DNA from: Flectonema sp. DT1601
Lineage: Eukaryota
NCBI GenBank assembly: GCA_964019425.1
Contig: OZ025802.1
Location: 1,116,001 to 1,180,000, forward strand
Direction: 5' to 3'
DNA length: 64,000 nt
Within the stretch, counting starts at the first letter, position 1. Each line of letters begins with the position of its first letter. Of the stretch, positions 45,611-58,636 are shown piece by piece. The position numbers and the translations under genes are program-made. The notes below the pieces were generated by a model, which was given only the letters and a program-made list of their open reading frames with translations, ran no database searches and had not been told where the DNA came from.

Positions 45611-46366
45611 CTTCTATATCTTGTTCTTAACTTCCTATTTATTTGATGTTAGTATACAATGGCAAAAAATGAAATTCACAAATGACCTTTTGTATTGTTT
45701 TGTTAGTGCCACCTATGACTCTACTTTGCTGATCGCCCCCTGCAAATTTCCCGTTTACTCGAGGAATTTGTTTTGTGTTTGGCTAAATCTATTTGAAGTT
45801 ACGGTTTACTTTTTGTAATCGTACGTCGTTGTAATTATGCCGATCCACTGTCGAGTCATTCATATTTTGTGAATAATTGTTATTGCTGTATTCAGATTCG
45901 ATATACGTGGTGATTGTTTTTTTTTTTTTTTTTTTTTTTTACACTACGTTCAATCAAAAAGGAAGATAAAATAAAAAATAAAAGCAAACAGCAGCTGTCC
46001 GATTCTTATATTGGTCTTATGAGGGATTTACTCCCGGACTTTTTCTTTTTTAAAAAAAACAGATGCTTGCGATTATAAATATGTATAAATGGAAGGTCGA
46101 AAAATAATAATAAATAGATCGATTTTTTTTTTTTTTTTTTTAATTGGACGATAGTAAAGCGTGTGTGTATTGTTTTTTTTTTGTTTAATAATTTGATCAT
46201 CTTACTGTTGTAGCATGCGTTGCTTGTTGTGGTTAGTCACTGGAGTTCTTTCCTTTTTCTTAGAATCCTCTACAACTACGGAAGAGGAAATCTTGTTGCT
46301 TAGAGAGGAACATCCACTTCCGTCGCAATGATGATAAACTTTTTTTTTTTTTTTTTTTTTTTTTGC

Positions 46367-46500
46367 CCGACAAAGTCGGAGAAAAAAACCTATTCAGTTT
46401 ATTTATAATGATCAAATGTTTTACCTATTTTTCCCCATTTCGGTTCATTGTTACTGTCTGATATCTTCAAAATACAAGACTGCATCTAAATGGGGGGTTT
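46367..46500. mobile_element. Family A element copy
   Basis: A poly-T tract is followed by CCGACAAAGTCGGAGAAAAAAACCTATTCAG...CAAATGTT...TACTGTCTG...CATCTAAATGG. Confidence 0.65.
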
Positions 46501-46897
46501 TTTTTTTTTTTTTATATGCACAAGAAAGGTGGTGTTTTTCTTTCTGTTGACAAAAAGGGGTTCTTCCTTAGCATCTTCAGATTTTTTTTTGTTTTATTTG
46601 ACAACTGCCTTTCTACATTGTGTATGAACGCATCGAATAAAAAAGAAAAAGAAGAATAAAAGAGCAAACATTATCAGTGGATGGTTTAACTACAGGGGCA
46701 TATCTCTGTTTGACTTTTCATGTATTTCTTCGTAGGTGGATTTCATAGCAAACTCTAGTTATCTTTCATTTCTCCACTTATTTTATACACCGTCTGTTAC
46801 ACCAGTAAAGGGGGAAAAAAAAAAAAAAAAAAGAATAAAGTTACTACTCCCCGCTAATTCAATGGAATAGAGGTATTTTGTAGTTGGACTGTCTTTG

Positions 46898-46938
<41 letters not shown>

Positions 46939-46990
46939 TTTTTTTCCCTCACCCGCTCATTTTTGGATTATGCAACCCCCTCAAGTTTTT

Positions 46991-47400
46991 TAACTGAATT
47001 CTGGATAACCCTACCATAATTTATTTAAGGTGAGTGTTCCGCTAGTAGTGTGCTACGAACTAGCAATTTTTGCTAACATATTTTTTTCAAAGAATTGTTG
47101 ATTTTAAGCAAGTAATTTGTAGGTGAAGCCTACACTCTGCCGTATTACATTATACCCTGGTTTTGGTTTCCCAGGGCTCACGATTAATTCAAAATTGAAT
47201 AACTCGATTCCGTACTGTACTGAATGACAACACGGAAAAAGAGACATGTATGCAGCTAAGTTAGAAACATTTATTATAATGTAAAGTATTTACGTCAATC
47301 GCAGAGTGTATACCTACACTAACATTACCTTTAGTCACTGCATCTCAGAACTAATGTTAAATTATGTTATGTTATTTATGATACAATACATTTGTATTTT
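46991..47400. repeat. Dispersed repeat family D (~350-400 bp); second copy at ~63610-63960
   Basis: Collinear shared blocks: TCCGCTAGTAG.GTGCTACGAACT; GTGAA.CCTACACTCTGCC.TATTACATTA; CCTGGTTTTGGTT(T)CCCAGGGCTCACGATTAAT; ACTGAATGACA; TTAGTCACTG; TGATACAATA. Confidence 0.9.
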
Positions 47401-47947
47401 ACGTACAAACCCGAACAGTTAACCCCCTAGTTTTTTTAGGAGGGGTGCTCAGAGAGGGAAAAGTTTGCACGTTTTATCAAGTTTATGTCCGACTAAAAAC
47501 GCGTGCTGAAAATCTCTTTTTTTTTCTTAAATCTTTTTATAGTATTTCACACGCAGCTTTTTCTGTTATATTCTTGGTAGTCATTTGCCCAGGAAAGTCT
47601 AAAGAGAGCTGTTGGACTATTAAAGGTTACAACCCGTTGTATCGACTTGTGCTCTCTCATGGCGGTAAGAGCCCCATAAGACCACCAATAGAAGACAACA
47701 CCTGCAAACATACCTAAGGAAACAAGAAAAGAAAAGAAAAAAAAAAAAGAAACAACGAACGATAAAGAGGCTATTTAAATTTGTTTTGTTTTGTTATGAT
47801 TCTGCAAAATCGTGAACGAGCTACCCACTCTGTTAAAAAAGAGAGGGAAAAAGAAAAAAAATTAAAAAAAAGTTTCTTGGCGGATACGTGCCTCGTTTTC
47901 ATTAACGAGCATTGCATGATCGTGCTCAGCTGACAACAGCTTTAAAT

Positions 47948-47980
<33 letters not shown>

Positions 47981-48222
47981 CCTTAACAACCTTTTTTTTT
48001 TTCCATTCTATTCTTTTTTCGTCTTATTGCGCTTCACTAGTGGATTGTTCTTTTGCGTATGATGACCTTTTTTTTTGTTCTATGTAGTTTTTTCAAACAG
48101 ATATTCTACACACGTAAATGAAACAGCGGAGCAATGATGTTATTTTCTTTTTTTGCAATAAACAAACTTCCCACAATTATTTTAAAAAAAAAAAAAAAAA
48201 ACAGTAAAAACAATGGTAGAGA

Positions 48223-49419
48223 ATGCGAAAAGGGTTTTGCTCAGAGATCCGAAATGCTATAAACGGTCCTCCACGGAAATCAGTGACAAAAACTGAACTG
48301 CGAAATATAAAAACTGACAAGCAAGCAGTTCAGGAACTTGGAAGGAAATGGAAAAATATAATTTCAGGAGATAAACACGCTAAGATGTTAGCTGACGTGT
48401 ATGAATTGGAGAAGTCGGGTGTCTTGGGACACAAAAGTTTGGAATTTAGTATTGAAAAACTGTTAGAAAAAAACAGAATAAGGCAAATAAGAAAGTTACT
48501 GTCAACTGTGAATGAGAATATAATAACACTACCGATCTTGAATACTTATATCAAAGCAGAATCGTTTTCTAGAGGGGATGATGATGTTCATTTTGAAACT
48601 GCTGTTAAGCAACTCCACAGACTTGGATATCAACCAAATATTCAAACGTATAATTCGATATTACAGTATCACTCAAACAGGGGTGATCGTGAAAAAGTTG
48701 ACCAGGTAATATCAATCATAAACAGTAATTGTGTTGCCAAGACTGAAAACACATACACTCACATGATTAGGGTCATGGAACCGAATTGGAAAAACTTTGA
48801 AGAAACGCTCCAAGACATGGCTGATTGCTATGTTTTCGCAACGCAGCCGACGCTGCATGCTTTGGTGGAGTCGTGTTCTAAGGATTATGATTTTCTATTA
48901 CAACATCAAGAGAGTGTAGTAAATGATTTACTGTCATTGGTAAGACAGTTCACTACTAAAGATACAACACTACAACTTAGTGAAGATAGCAACATCGTAC
49001 TGATGAGAGCCTTTTCATCATTTGAGATGTCATTCAGTGCCTTTGATCTGTACGACAAGACTGCTTCAGATATCCCCTCAACTGCTTTGACTCTAACGTA
49101 TTTACATATGTGTCAATCAATTCAGAGTTCAAAACACATTGAGAAGTCAAAGAAGATTCAGTATGTCGACAACGCTACTAACAAATTCATTAAACAACTA
49201 AATATCGGCACGAAAAGTCCTCTATTATGGATGGCAATGTACAACGTCTATGAGGCTGCTGGTGATGTGCAGCAACTTGTAGAGTTGCTCTCTCGTTGTT
49301 CTAAGTATGATACTCGCGGTAGTAAGGATAACCCTTCACATGGGACTTTGTTTAAAAAACTTCAAAATAAACACGTCGAGTATCTGAAAAGGGTAGAGGA
49401 ACTTAATAATAATAATTAA
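48223..49419 (+). CDS. Pentatricopeptide-repeat (PPR)-like protein, possibly mitochondrial
   Basis: ~35-aa helical repeats: ILNTYIKA...LHRLGYQPNIQTYNSILQYHSNRGD...TENTYTHMIRV...TQPTLHALVESC. Basic N-terminus. Confidence 0.7.
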   Translation: MRKGFCSEIRNAINGPPRKSVTKTELRNIKTDKQAVQELGRKWKNIISGDKHAKMLADVYELEKSGVLGHKSLEFSIEKLLEKNRIRQIRKLLSTVNENIITLPILNTYIKAESFSRGDDDVHFETAVKQLHRLGYQPNIQTYNSILQYHSNRGDREKVDQVISIINSNCVAKTENTYTHMIRVMEPNWKNFEETLQDMADCYVFATQPTLHALVESCSKDYDFLLQHQESVVNDLLSLVRQFTTKDTTLQLSEDSNIVLMRAFSSFEMSFSAFDLYDKTASDIPSTALTLTYLHMCQSIQSSKHIEKSKKIQYVDNATNKFIKQLNIGTKSPLLWMAMYNVYEAAGDVQQLVELLSRCSKYDTRGSKDNPSHGTLFKKLQNKHVEYLKRVEELNNNN

Positions 49420-49978
49420 TCATAACTATGCATCTCAAACTTTGAAATTATTATTTGTGTATTACTTATTCGAGATGCGCAACAATCTTTTTGAAAAAAA
49501 GAAAATAATAATAATAAATTCTGCCTAGTTTGCTACAGATATAAAAAAAAAAAAATAAAAAACCAATGCCGAAAAAGAAGGAGCAGTCGGCTGAGAAGGG
49601 ATTCTTCAGTAAGTCGGACTTGACATTGTTAGCGCTCCCTGAAGAAGATGAGGGTGAGATGGGAGACGGGAATATCATACCAGGACTCTCATGGAGGTTG
49701 CAGCATCCCTATGCCGGTGCACGTTCTCGTAGTGCATTTGAGAGCAGCACTAATTATAAACATCCTCATCCGTGAGTTGAGTTAAAACAAACTTCACAAC
49801 ACACGTCGATAGTTACACTTTTATAGATTACTACGTTATATTCTTATTAATTCAAGGCTTTCGGTTGTTGTTTTAATTATGTTTTTCCTTCTTATTCTCA
49901 TCAACTTAGTAGTCTTATTTATTACTTCCCTCCCTCCAGCCTAGTGCTCGAATAGCGATAAATAGTCGCTACTAAAAT

Positions 49979-52900
49979 ATGAAAGTAATGTTATTTTCTG
50001 TGGTGTTGGTCAGTTTATTATCAACGGCAGTTGGTCAGTCAGCGTGTGCTGCAGTATTATGTAAAGAGGGATACCTTTGTGAGGAGCTCGATATTAAATG
50101 CGAAAATGAATTGGATTGCGTGAACTTTATTTGTAAACCGATTTCCGAAATGAAATACTGCGGCGGAGCGGAGTGTCAAACTGGAGAGGTTTGTAAGTCA
50201 GTTGAAGTTCAATGTTTAACCACCCCATGCCATCCAGTTCCGGAATGTGTACCTGAGGAACAAGCACGATGCGCAAATGAAATATGTAAGTATCCAAGTT
50301 TCTGTTCTGAAAAAGCGGTACCTTGCTTTGCAGCTCCGTGTCCTGTTCAAAACGTCTGTGAAGAAGTGACCTATTCAGCTCCTCCAACCGCTGAAACTAA
50401 TAATTGTAACAACATGTGTACCTCTGATGAAGAATGTGTTGCTGTTCCGAATGCTTGTCCAGCTATGCCATGTCCTCCAGTACATGTTTGTCAACAGAAA
50501 GAAACCTGTGGAGGAAAGATCTGTGTTGATGGAACTGTTTGTACAAAGAATGATGATCATTGTACTAACCCTCTCCGTTGTGAACCAAAGCTTATTTGTG
50601 ATAGTAGAATTTGCTGTCTTGCTGTTGCAGTTTGTAAAGAAGGCTATGAATTAAGCTCTTCATGTTCTGAAGACGACTATGACTCAGGTGAGTGCCTCTG
50701 GGAACGCATGTGTTGCTCATCCATTAGCTGCAAGAAGTATGCGTTCCTTTTAATAAACTATTCCCTTGTCGTAGTGTTTGTAAAACTTTTAATTGACGTT
50801 GAGTACGATACATTACAAGGAAGCGATGGATTATCAGTAGTACCTCGTCTATCCTTATTACACTTTTAAAACAACAACAACAACAACAACAGGATTCCTG
50901 TGCAGTCTCCATCCAATCCACAAGATGCTTCTAAGATGTGCTCAATGAAAGAACAAGTTGACTACTGCGTGTCTAAGAATGTCGGTTGGAAGATACAAAA
51001 GGAGTGTAATAATAATTGTAAGCTTCCTGTTGGTATTTGTAGTATGAGTAACCCGCCATGTGGATCTCAAGAATGTATTGATAACGGACTACTTGGACAG
51101 TTCATGTGTGTCGCTGGATCAGTTGAAAAGATGGTATCAGATGACCCGTGTGCTGTCGGACCATGTTCAACAGATGAATTATGCAGAGTTACCGACGGTG
51201 AAGCCACTTGTACAAAAAGAAGTCAACTGGGCGCATGTTGTGAAGCTTTCGCAACCTGCGGTGCTGACGAAAGCATGCGAGAGAGTCCATGTACTCAGGC
51301 GGAACTGTTATCAAAAAGTTGTTATAGAAACTCCATCTGCTGTAATGAAGTATTCTGTATTACTGAGTCTGCTAAACCCGCAGTTTTTAACAATTGTGCT
51401 TCAAAGCCTTGTCCGGATGGTTTTGTTTGCAGCGGAGGACCTGAAAGCCTCACAAGTTCTTTTGTATGCACCAGTAAACCAACTAATTGTTGTGAAGCTT
51501 TGCCATCGTGTAAAGACTCTGACATTACTTCTAACACTCCTTGTCAACAAGGTGAGACTGGTTGCTACAGAGAACAGATGTGTTGTGAAGAAGTCTTTTG
51601 TAGAAAACCTAATAAAACTCATGAGATGAAACCGACTGCTGAAACTAATAATTGTAACAACATGTGTACCTCTGATGAAGAATGTGTTGCTGTTCCGAAT
51701 GCTTGTCCAGCTATGCCATGTCCTCCAGTACATGTTTGTCAACAGAAAGAAACCTGTGGAGGAAAGATCTGTGTTGATGGAACTGTTTGTACAAAGAATG
51801 ATGATCATTGTACTAACCCTCTCCGTTGTGAACCAAAGCTTATTTGTGATAGTAGAATTTGCTGTCTTGCTGTTGCAGTTTGTAAAGAAGGCTATGAATT
51901 AAGCTCTTCATGTTCTGAAGACGACTATGACTCAGGTGAGTGCCTCTGGGAACGCATGTGTTGCTCATCCATTAGCTGCAAGAAGTATGCGTTCCTTTTA
52001 ATAAACTATTCCCTTGTCGTAGTGTTTGTAAAACTTTTAATTGACGTTGAGTACGATACATTACAAGGAAGCGATGGATTATCAGTAGTACCTCGTCTAT
52101 CCTTATTACACTTTTAAAATAACAACAACAAACAACAACAACAACAACAACAGGATTCCTGTTCAGTCTCCATCCAATCCACAAGATGCTTCTAAGATGT
52201 GCTCAATGAAAGAACAAGTAGACTACTGCGTGTCTAAGAATGTCGGTTGGAAGATGCAAAAGGAGTGTAATAATAATTGTAAGCTTCCTGTTGGTATTTG
52301 TAGTATGAGTAACCCTCCATGTGGATCTCAAGAATGTATTGATAACGGACTACTTGGACAGTTCATGTGTGTCGCTGGATCAGTTGAAAAGATGGTATCA
52401 GATGACCCGTGTGCTGTCGGACCATGTTCAACAGATGAATTATGCAGAGTTACCGACGGTGAAGCCACTTGTACAAAAAGAAGTCAACTGGGCGCATGTT
52501 GTGAAGCTTTCGCAACCTGCGGTGCTGACGAAAGCATGCGAGAGAGTCCATGTACTCAGGCGGAACTGTTATCAAAAAGTTGTTACAGAAACTCCATCTG
52601 CTGTAATGAAGTATTCTGTATTACTGAGTCTGCTAAACCGGCAGTTTTTGACAATTGTGCTTCAAAGCCTTGTCCGGATGGTTTTGTTTGCAGCGGAGGA
52701 CCTGAAAGCCTCACAAGTTCTTTTGTATGCACCAGTAAACCAACTAATTGTTGTGAAGCTTTGCCATCGTGTAAAGACTCTGACATTACTTCTAACACTC
52801 CTTGTCAACAAGGTGAGACTGGTTGCTACAGAGAACAGATGTGTTGTGAAGAAGTCTTTTGTAGAGAACCTAAGAAGACTCGTTGGATGAAATCGACTGC

Positions 52901-53390
52901 TGGTTGTGCAACTCAGCCGTGTCGTTCTTCAGACTTCTGTGTTGAAGATGAGACGCAGTACAACTGTGTAGATGCTGTAGAGAGGTGTGGTGATGTACGT
53001 TGTTTAGCATTTAGTATTGACTGTCCTGTTGGAATGGAAGTATCAGAAAGACCCTGTGATGAAAATGATTATAATTTAGGAAACTGCATTAGACTTTCAA
53101 ACCCGTTGTGTTGTCAGGAAAGATTCTGTAAAGTAATTTGTAACAGTGAGAAGTCGTCATCTCTCGAATGGATTTGGATTGTGATTGGATCATCTATTGG
53201 AGTTATTGTTATTTCATTGATTGGGTTGTGTGTTTGGAAACTCTCTTCTGGTCATTCTGCATCATCTCCTTCAAAACAAACATCACTGTGTAGAGTATCT
53301 GTTGTGTCATCTCTTGGAAAAGGTGAATCTGGAGACTTTATGTATCCTTCTATCAAAGAAGTACCTATGCCTCCTCCTGTTGTAAGTTAA
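49979..53390 (+). CDS. Cys-rich type I membrane surface protein with an internal 1.25-kb tandem duplication (exons 49979-50736, 50893-51984, 52154-53390)
   Basis: Signal peptide; many CxxxC/CC modules; TM WIWIVIGSSIGVIVISLIGLCVW. Introns 50737-50892 and 51985-52153 (GTATGC...(CAA)nCAG, phase 2) join the three ORFs in frame. Confidence 0.88.
50390..52898 (+). repeat. Near-identical tandem duplication (50390-51637 and 51638-52898) including an intron
   Basis: Identical overlapping ORFs appear in the track at 50427/51675 and near-identical ones at 51060/52321. The offset is 1248 bp before the intron and 1261 bp after it. Confidence 0.95.
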
Positions 53391-54474
53391 GTTAGAAACA
53401 TTTATTGAGATTGTTGGGTTTTGTTCATAAGTATATTCAAATATTTCAGTTCCCTGATTGAGGATTCTTTTTTTTGATATAATTTTATTAGTGTTTCCCC
53501 GTTGAACAAATCTTAGATGATACCGCCCCGGCCGTATCAAGAGAGATGTCTTCTTTCATTGGGGGAACCGATATCCGTTTTTTATATTATGCCAGTAATG
53601 TGTGTTGTTCTGAATTTCAAACGAAAACATATTATTTTCTTCCGTTCCCTTTTTTTCTTTTTTGTAGCGGTAATCCTTTTTTATCTTAAGGCTTGCTACG
53701 TTATACTTTTATATACTTGTTAAATTATTACTCCCTACTTGTCCCGCTAACAATCCCAACAAGATTGAGGTCTACTTACGTTACCTGTTGCCCTCGTAGC
53801 TCTATTAGAGTAACTCGATGCTCTGTAGTTTGCTGTTATCAGCGATGCATACTTTGTAATGTGGTGTACTTCTTATCTGTCACCATACTTGTTGTTGCTT
53901 AAAGAAAAACAGAGCGAAGTCATCTACTGGGAAGAGGAAAACCATTCGATTTTTTGGAAAGTGAGTTTTTTTATTCACTTCTGAGATTCGCTATGGAGAT
54001 ATCTTTTTGAGTAGAATCGTTGAAATTGAGTTCTGATTTTTTTCTTTTTGGTTCTTCCTTCCTATTTTTTGATCTTTTTTTTTTTGTTGCTTTTTAAACC
54101 AGACAGTGAAAAGACGTATGTGATTTACACACAAAGGCTTGATGCACTTCTGAGGGACTTGTTATTTTTGTTTTTTTGCTCTATATCAGCGGAGGATAAT
54201 ATACTATTAACTGGGAATAAGCACGAGGCTGTTGTTTATACGATTAGGGATGAGGTCGTGATTGTCTTATCACCCCTTCCTCCTATAACGATGGTTCCTC
54301 GTGTAGACCCATCGCATTATAGTAATCTTTGTTTCCCTCTGTTCCTATCTTGATTCTTCAGGAAGAAAGAAAAAAAACCATTTCTATAAAAAAAAGTCTG
54401 CATCAAATGCTATAAAATTCGAGTGGCTGTAGTGATAAAACTCTGCTGAGATGTAAGTTCCTTCCCTCTCTTTC

Positions 54475-54507
<33 letters not shown>

Positions 54508-55065
54508 AGTAAAAAAAAAAATGAAATGTGAACAAAAAAAGACAAAATTGTACTGAACTGCAGTCTTTTGTTTTTTTTTATAATTTTAATTACGGGATGC
54601 ATTCCTTCTTACGATTTTATTTTACAAAAACACGAAGGGAAAAGAAGAAAAAAAAAAAAAAGAAGGTAATAATAATTAATGTTTGGTGACATGTTATGCG
54701 CCGCAACAAACATAGAAGACAGGAGATGGCACCATTTTGTAAAACCACAAACATAAGGCATGTACTCATCGGTTTGTGACTTTTGTCGGTGGTTGTTATT
54801 TCTCTATGTTAATATAAGCAATCCACTTCTTGCTCTCGGATTCAAAAAAAAAACATTAATATTTTTGGGATTTATCATTTATTTTATTTTTTTTTTTCAT
54901 TACAGAAAAAGATAAACAAATAACGGCAGTGTGACCATCAAACATTTTCTTTTTTTTTTTTTTTTTTTTTTTTTGTATTGGGAGAACAAAAAAAAAAAAA
55001 AAAAAAAAGAAGAAAATAAAATAAATAAATAAGTAAACGACAAGCAGAACAACACAACACAACTA

Positions 55066-57261
55066 ATGTATAAAAGCAATGCACATCCAGGGACCTCAGG
55101 TGCTGATCTAGTGGTAGAAGACGTTTATAAGAAACAAAAAGGACCATTGATGAAGGTAGGTGATGTTTACTCCCCGAGAGTACTAAAAGCTGATGTTACT
55201 GAAGCAGCAGAGAGTTTGAATTCAAAGGGAACCCCCCTGGAGGAAGCACTGAGGAAGAGAAAACAGCTACAAAAAAAAGACGAAGCAGATAAGTTAAAAG
55301 AACAAGTTGAGAAGCTTCGAGAACAACAAGACCTCAAATCAAAGTTAAATAATCTATTAATCCAGAAACAAGTCATCGACAACAACGGACTCGGTAATAT
55401 AAATCAAGTTGGTAGGCCGTTGCATCCACACGACCCAACACAAATAATTAATAGTATGCCTAATATACCATCTATTCCACCATCATATTTATCACCAATG
55501 ATAATGATGCCATCACAAAGAACCTATCCACCCATCGCAGTTGCTGATCATGAGCTTCACATAGAAGAAGAAGCTCTTGCTGCAATGTTAGTAGTCAGCA
55601 CTCGTTGGGAGTCAAACCCACGAGCGAAAGTTCTTCGAAGATACATGCAAGGTGGAATGCACTTCGCACTCAGTTTTCAAACAGCTGACAACAGAGGTGT
55701 TAAAAACAGCGACAGACCACCTGTTCCATCTCTTGCGACTCGAATAAAGAAGATTCCCATGGGAAAGTATGATTTGGATAATTGGATTAAGTTTTTCGAA
55801 GAGTGGGTAGAGTACACTCCACCTTACCAAGAAAAAACAGATTATTGCTGTACTGGAGCATCAATGCGACACACTACAGAACCAGAAAACTATACGAACG
55901 GTTATGAGACTGCTTCTAGAAAATGTGATATTTTTGAACTGTTTAAGAGAACAGGCTGTTGTGGAAAGGAACCGGCATTGCAAAACTGTGTTCAGTGTAA
56001 GAAACGTTTTTGCATTTCTTGTTCAGAAAAACACAGACATCACAAAACATATTATGTTCATTGTCCCTGCCCTCAATTGACAACAGATAAGAAAACACCC
56101 CCAACAGTAACACTTGATTTGACGACTGAGTTTTGGAAATGTCCGAAATGTGATAAAACAGTTTGCGCATACTGCATTGACAGGTACAGAGGTATGACGT
56201 TAGTTGAAAACATTCCTATGGAGTGGAGTGATGGTCAACTCATTGAGTCGTTGGAAATGTTTACCAGATCGAAGTTACTTCGCTATGAGAGATTAGCAAA
56301 AACCGGTCAGATGTACTTATTATTTAAAGATCAGGCAATCAGGTTGAGAACGCAATGCATCAAACTAACAGACAACAACTCTAGAATAACAATATTACTA
56401 AAACCCCCTCGAACTGGTAGAGAACTTCACACTCACGATCAGATAGTCATGCCTCTCGTAGTAGAGATAGCTAAGGAAATAATTGATGGAGGGCTTAACG
56501 TCCCTCACTTAGTTGCTTCCATGTTGCGGCAGGCGCAGATGGTACCAGCAGATGTTCGATTCGCGTGTATAAAAGACGCTAATAACTCGTCATCTGTAAT
56601 GCATTCAGTTCATGTCTTCTTTGTTGAAAGAAGGTGCCATACGATGATGATTATGAACCAATGTACTTACATGGGAAGGCTTATTCCTCTTTTAGTTAAT
56701 TTAATGCCAGTCCCAGTTATTACAGAAGCGTCGGTTGATGATGAATATACTTTTTACACTATGTTATGTAGAGAGTTTTATGAAAGAAATATTTTTGTCT
56801 CCGCACCAATGCGCAATAATCTTCCTGGTAGGCTGTCAGAAATCGCGTCTGTGAAAAATGAAACGCTGACGTCTGAAGCAGTAGATGTACCATCGCTGCA
56901 CGACGTGAGACGTGATCCTCCTCCTCCTTATGCGTTTTCGCAATTGCCACCAGCGCGTAAATCGGGGATTCATTTACCAAATCACCCTGAGCAGCTGTTG
57001 TTTATTCGTCCACCATCAGTTCCAGAGTCTTGTGTTACTGAAGTAAAACAAGAACCTACAATTGAAGAGCTGGGGGTGAAAGTTGATACATCTCTCGTTG
57101 ATACTGCTGATGCTGCATGGTTAGAAAATTTACAAAAACACATGGGTGCTGATTCACACATTCTGAAACTACTTACCAGACAATCAGACTCTAAGAGGAA
57201 ACAAGATAGTATTGAAGGCGCTGAAAGGGAGACGAAGCGGAGAAATCCTAATGAATTCTAA
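55066..57261 (+). CDS. 731-aa hypothetical protein with a coiled coil and Cys/His zinc-binding (B-box-like) motifs
   Basis: CVQCKKRFCISCSEKHRHH and CPKCDKTVCAYC; basic C-terminus KRK...KRRN (possible NLS). Confidence 0.7.
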   Translation: MYKSNAHPGTSGADLVVEDVYKKQKGPLMKVGDVYSPRVLKADVTEAAESLNSKGTPLEEALRKRKQLQKKDEADKLKEQVEKLREQQDLKSKLNNLLIQKQVIDNNGLGNINQVGRPLHPHDPTQIINSMPNIPSIPPSYLSPMIMMPSQRTYPPIAVADHELHIEEEALAAMLVVSTRWESNPRAKVLRRYMQGGMHFALSFQTADNRGVKNSDRPPVPSLATRIKKIPMGKYDLDNWIKFFEEWVEYTPPYQEKTDYCCTGASMRHTTEPENYTNGYETASRKCDIFELFKRTGCCGKEPALQNCVQCKKRFCISCSEKHRHHKTYYVHCPCPQLTTDKKTPPTVTLDLTTEFWKCPKCDKTVCAYCIDRYRGMTLVENIPMEWSDGQLIESLEMFTRSKLLRYERLAKTGQMYLLFKDQAIRLRTQCIKLTDNNSRITILLKPPRTGRELHTHDQIVMPLVVEIAKEIIDGGLNVPHLVASMLRQAQMVPADVRFACIKDANNSSSVMHSVHVFFVERRCHTMMIMNQCTYMGRLIPLLVNLMPVPVITEASVDDEYTFYTMLCREFYERNIFVSAPMRNNLPGRLSEIASVKNETLTSEAVDVPSLHDVRRDPPPPYAFSQLPPARKSGIHLPNHPEQLLFIRPPSVPESCVTEVKQEPTIEELGVKVDTSLVDTADAAWLENLQKHMGADSHILKLLTRQSDSKRKQDSIEGAERETKRRNPNEF

Positions 57262-57805
57262 ATCATGTCTGTTAAAAATAATAGTTCACCATCCTACCAT
57301 CATTCCTACCTTCGAAAGAAAATAAAAAAGAAAACAACCTTCATCACCTTCGTTAGTTTTTTAATAGAGCTTTTCATTTTGTGGACTGGCTTTATTTATT
57401 TATATTTTTTTTCTTTTTTTACTCTGACGCTGTTATTAAACTCCTGGAAACTGATTTTACCTTCTCTTTTGTGTTGTGATCTAGGAGTTTTTTATCTATG
57501 CGGACCTTCTTGCTGATTTTTTTTTCCCGTTGTGTACCTTCTGTTAGGTTCTTCTGGAAGTTTTTTTTTTTTTTTTTTTTTTTTTACCATCTTATCGGTT
57601 ACTGCGGTGACTCTATGTTCACAAAAAAACAGAAATTAGTGTACAAGTAAGATTTAAATGCGTGTGGTTAGTCTAACCGTTCTCTACATATTGTTTTTCT
57701 GCTTTCTTTTTTTTTTTTTTTTACTTTTATACCTTCTATCAATACCTCTATTAGTATCTGGATGAACGAAATAATAAAATGCAATTTTTTTTTTTTTCCT
57801 TCCCT

Positions 57806-57841
<36 letters not shown>

Positions 57842-58396
57842 CCCTCTTTTTTTTTTTCGTTGAATATAAAATAAAAAAAAACCATAATGTAATTAAGAAA
57901 GAAAAAAAAGAAAGAAAAAAAACAAAGTAAAACAGTATTTCTTTTTCGCAGAAAAACTTCAAACACTGTAGTTCTAATTTTCTCAAAGAAAAAGAGAAAG
58001 ATAGTAACAAGTTTTTTTTTAATTTGACCTTCTTGTTGAATCTCTTTTTTTAATTCAACAAAGTATAGTCGTTGAGTACCTTCTCTTGCTTTTTGGCGAA
58101 GACAGTCATTTTTTGGGACAAGTAGGAAGAACAAAAAAAAAAAAAAAAAGGAGAGAAACTGAGATTGATATGGGATTGGGGAAAGTTTTAATAAAAAAGA
58201 AATACTAATAATGCGACTCATCAAAATAGCAACACAACACATCAAATGTGTTATGTTATAATTTAGTTTGTGTTTCCGTATGACAGTTTCATAGGTACTT
58301 AAATAACCTTGGATTAATCTACATTGTCTTTATTATTTATTAAATGCAATGTTTTAGGATATTATTTCTTACAGATGGCGTAAACTAATAACTTTC

Positions 58397-58636
58397 ATGG
58401 AATCTCGTGCTCAAAGACCAGTTCCTGTTGCTGTAGTTGAAAACTCTGGTGAGAGAATGTTGTTAGCCCGTGGTGCTCCTGTTGTAACTCAGGGCCATCC
58501 ATTACCTTGTGCAACTGCTTATGTAAATAGCCCACCAGTAGCTCCAAATAATGCGAATTTTCGACCACGTGAAACCGGAAGGATGGAACTAGCTCGTTCC
58601 TCTTGTCAGCCAACAGAGCAGGATACTGGAAGCTGA
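58397..58636 (+). CDS. Possible small protein or terminal exon (79 aa)
   Basis: GC-richer, coding-like island in AT-rich DNA. The frame stays open back to the AG at ~58374. No homology recognised. Confidence 0.3.
   Translation: MESRAQRPVPVAVVENSGERMLLARGAPVVTQGHPLPCATAYVNSPPVAPNNANFRPRETGRMELARSSCQPTEQDTGS

Noticed and set aside
49566..49775. 69-aa ORF between the PPR and Cys-rich genes
   Set aside because: Short, no recognisable motif; may be a decayed fragment.
57684..58245. Lys/Phe-rich minus-strand ORFs (and similar ones at 27974, 35574 and 54856)
   Set aside because: Translations of poly-A/poly-T intergenic tracts.
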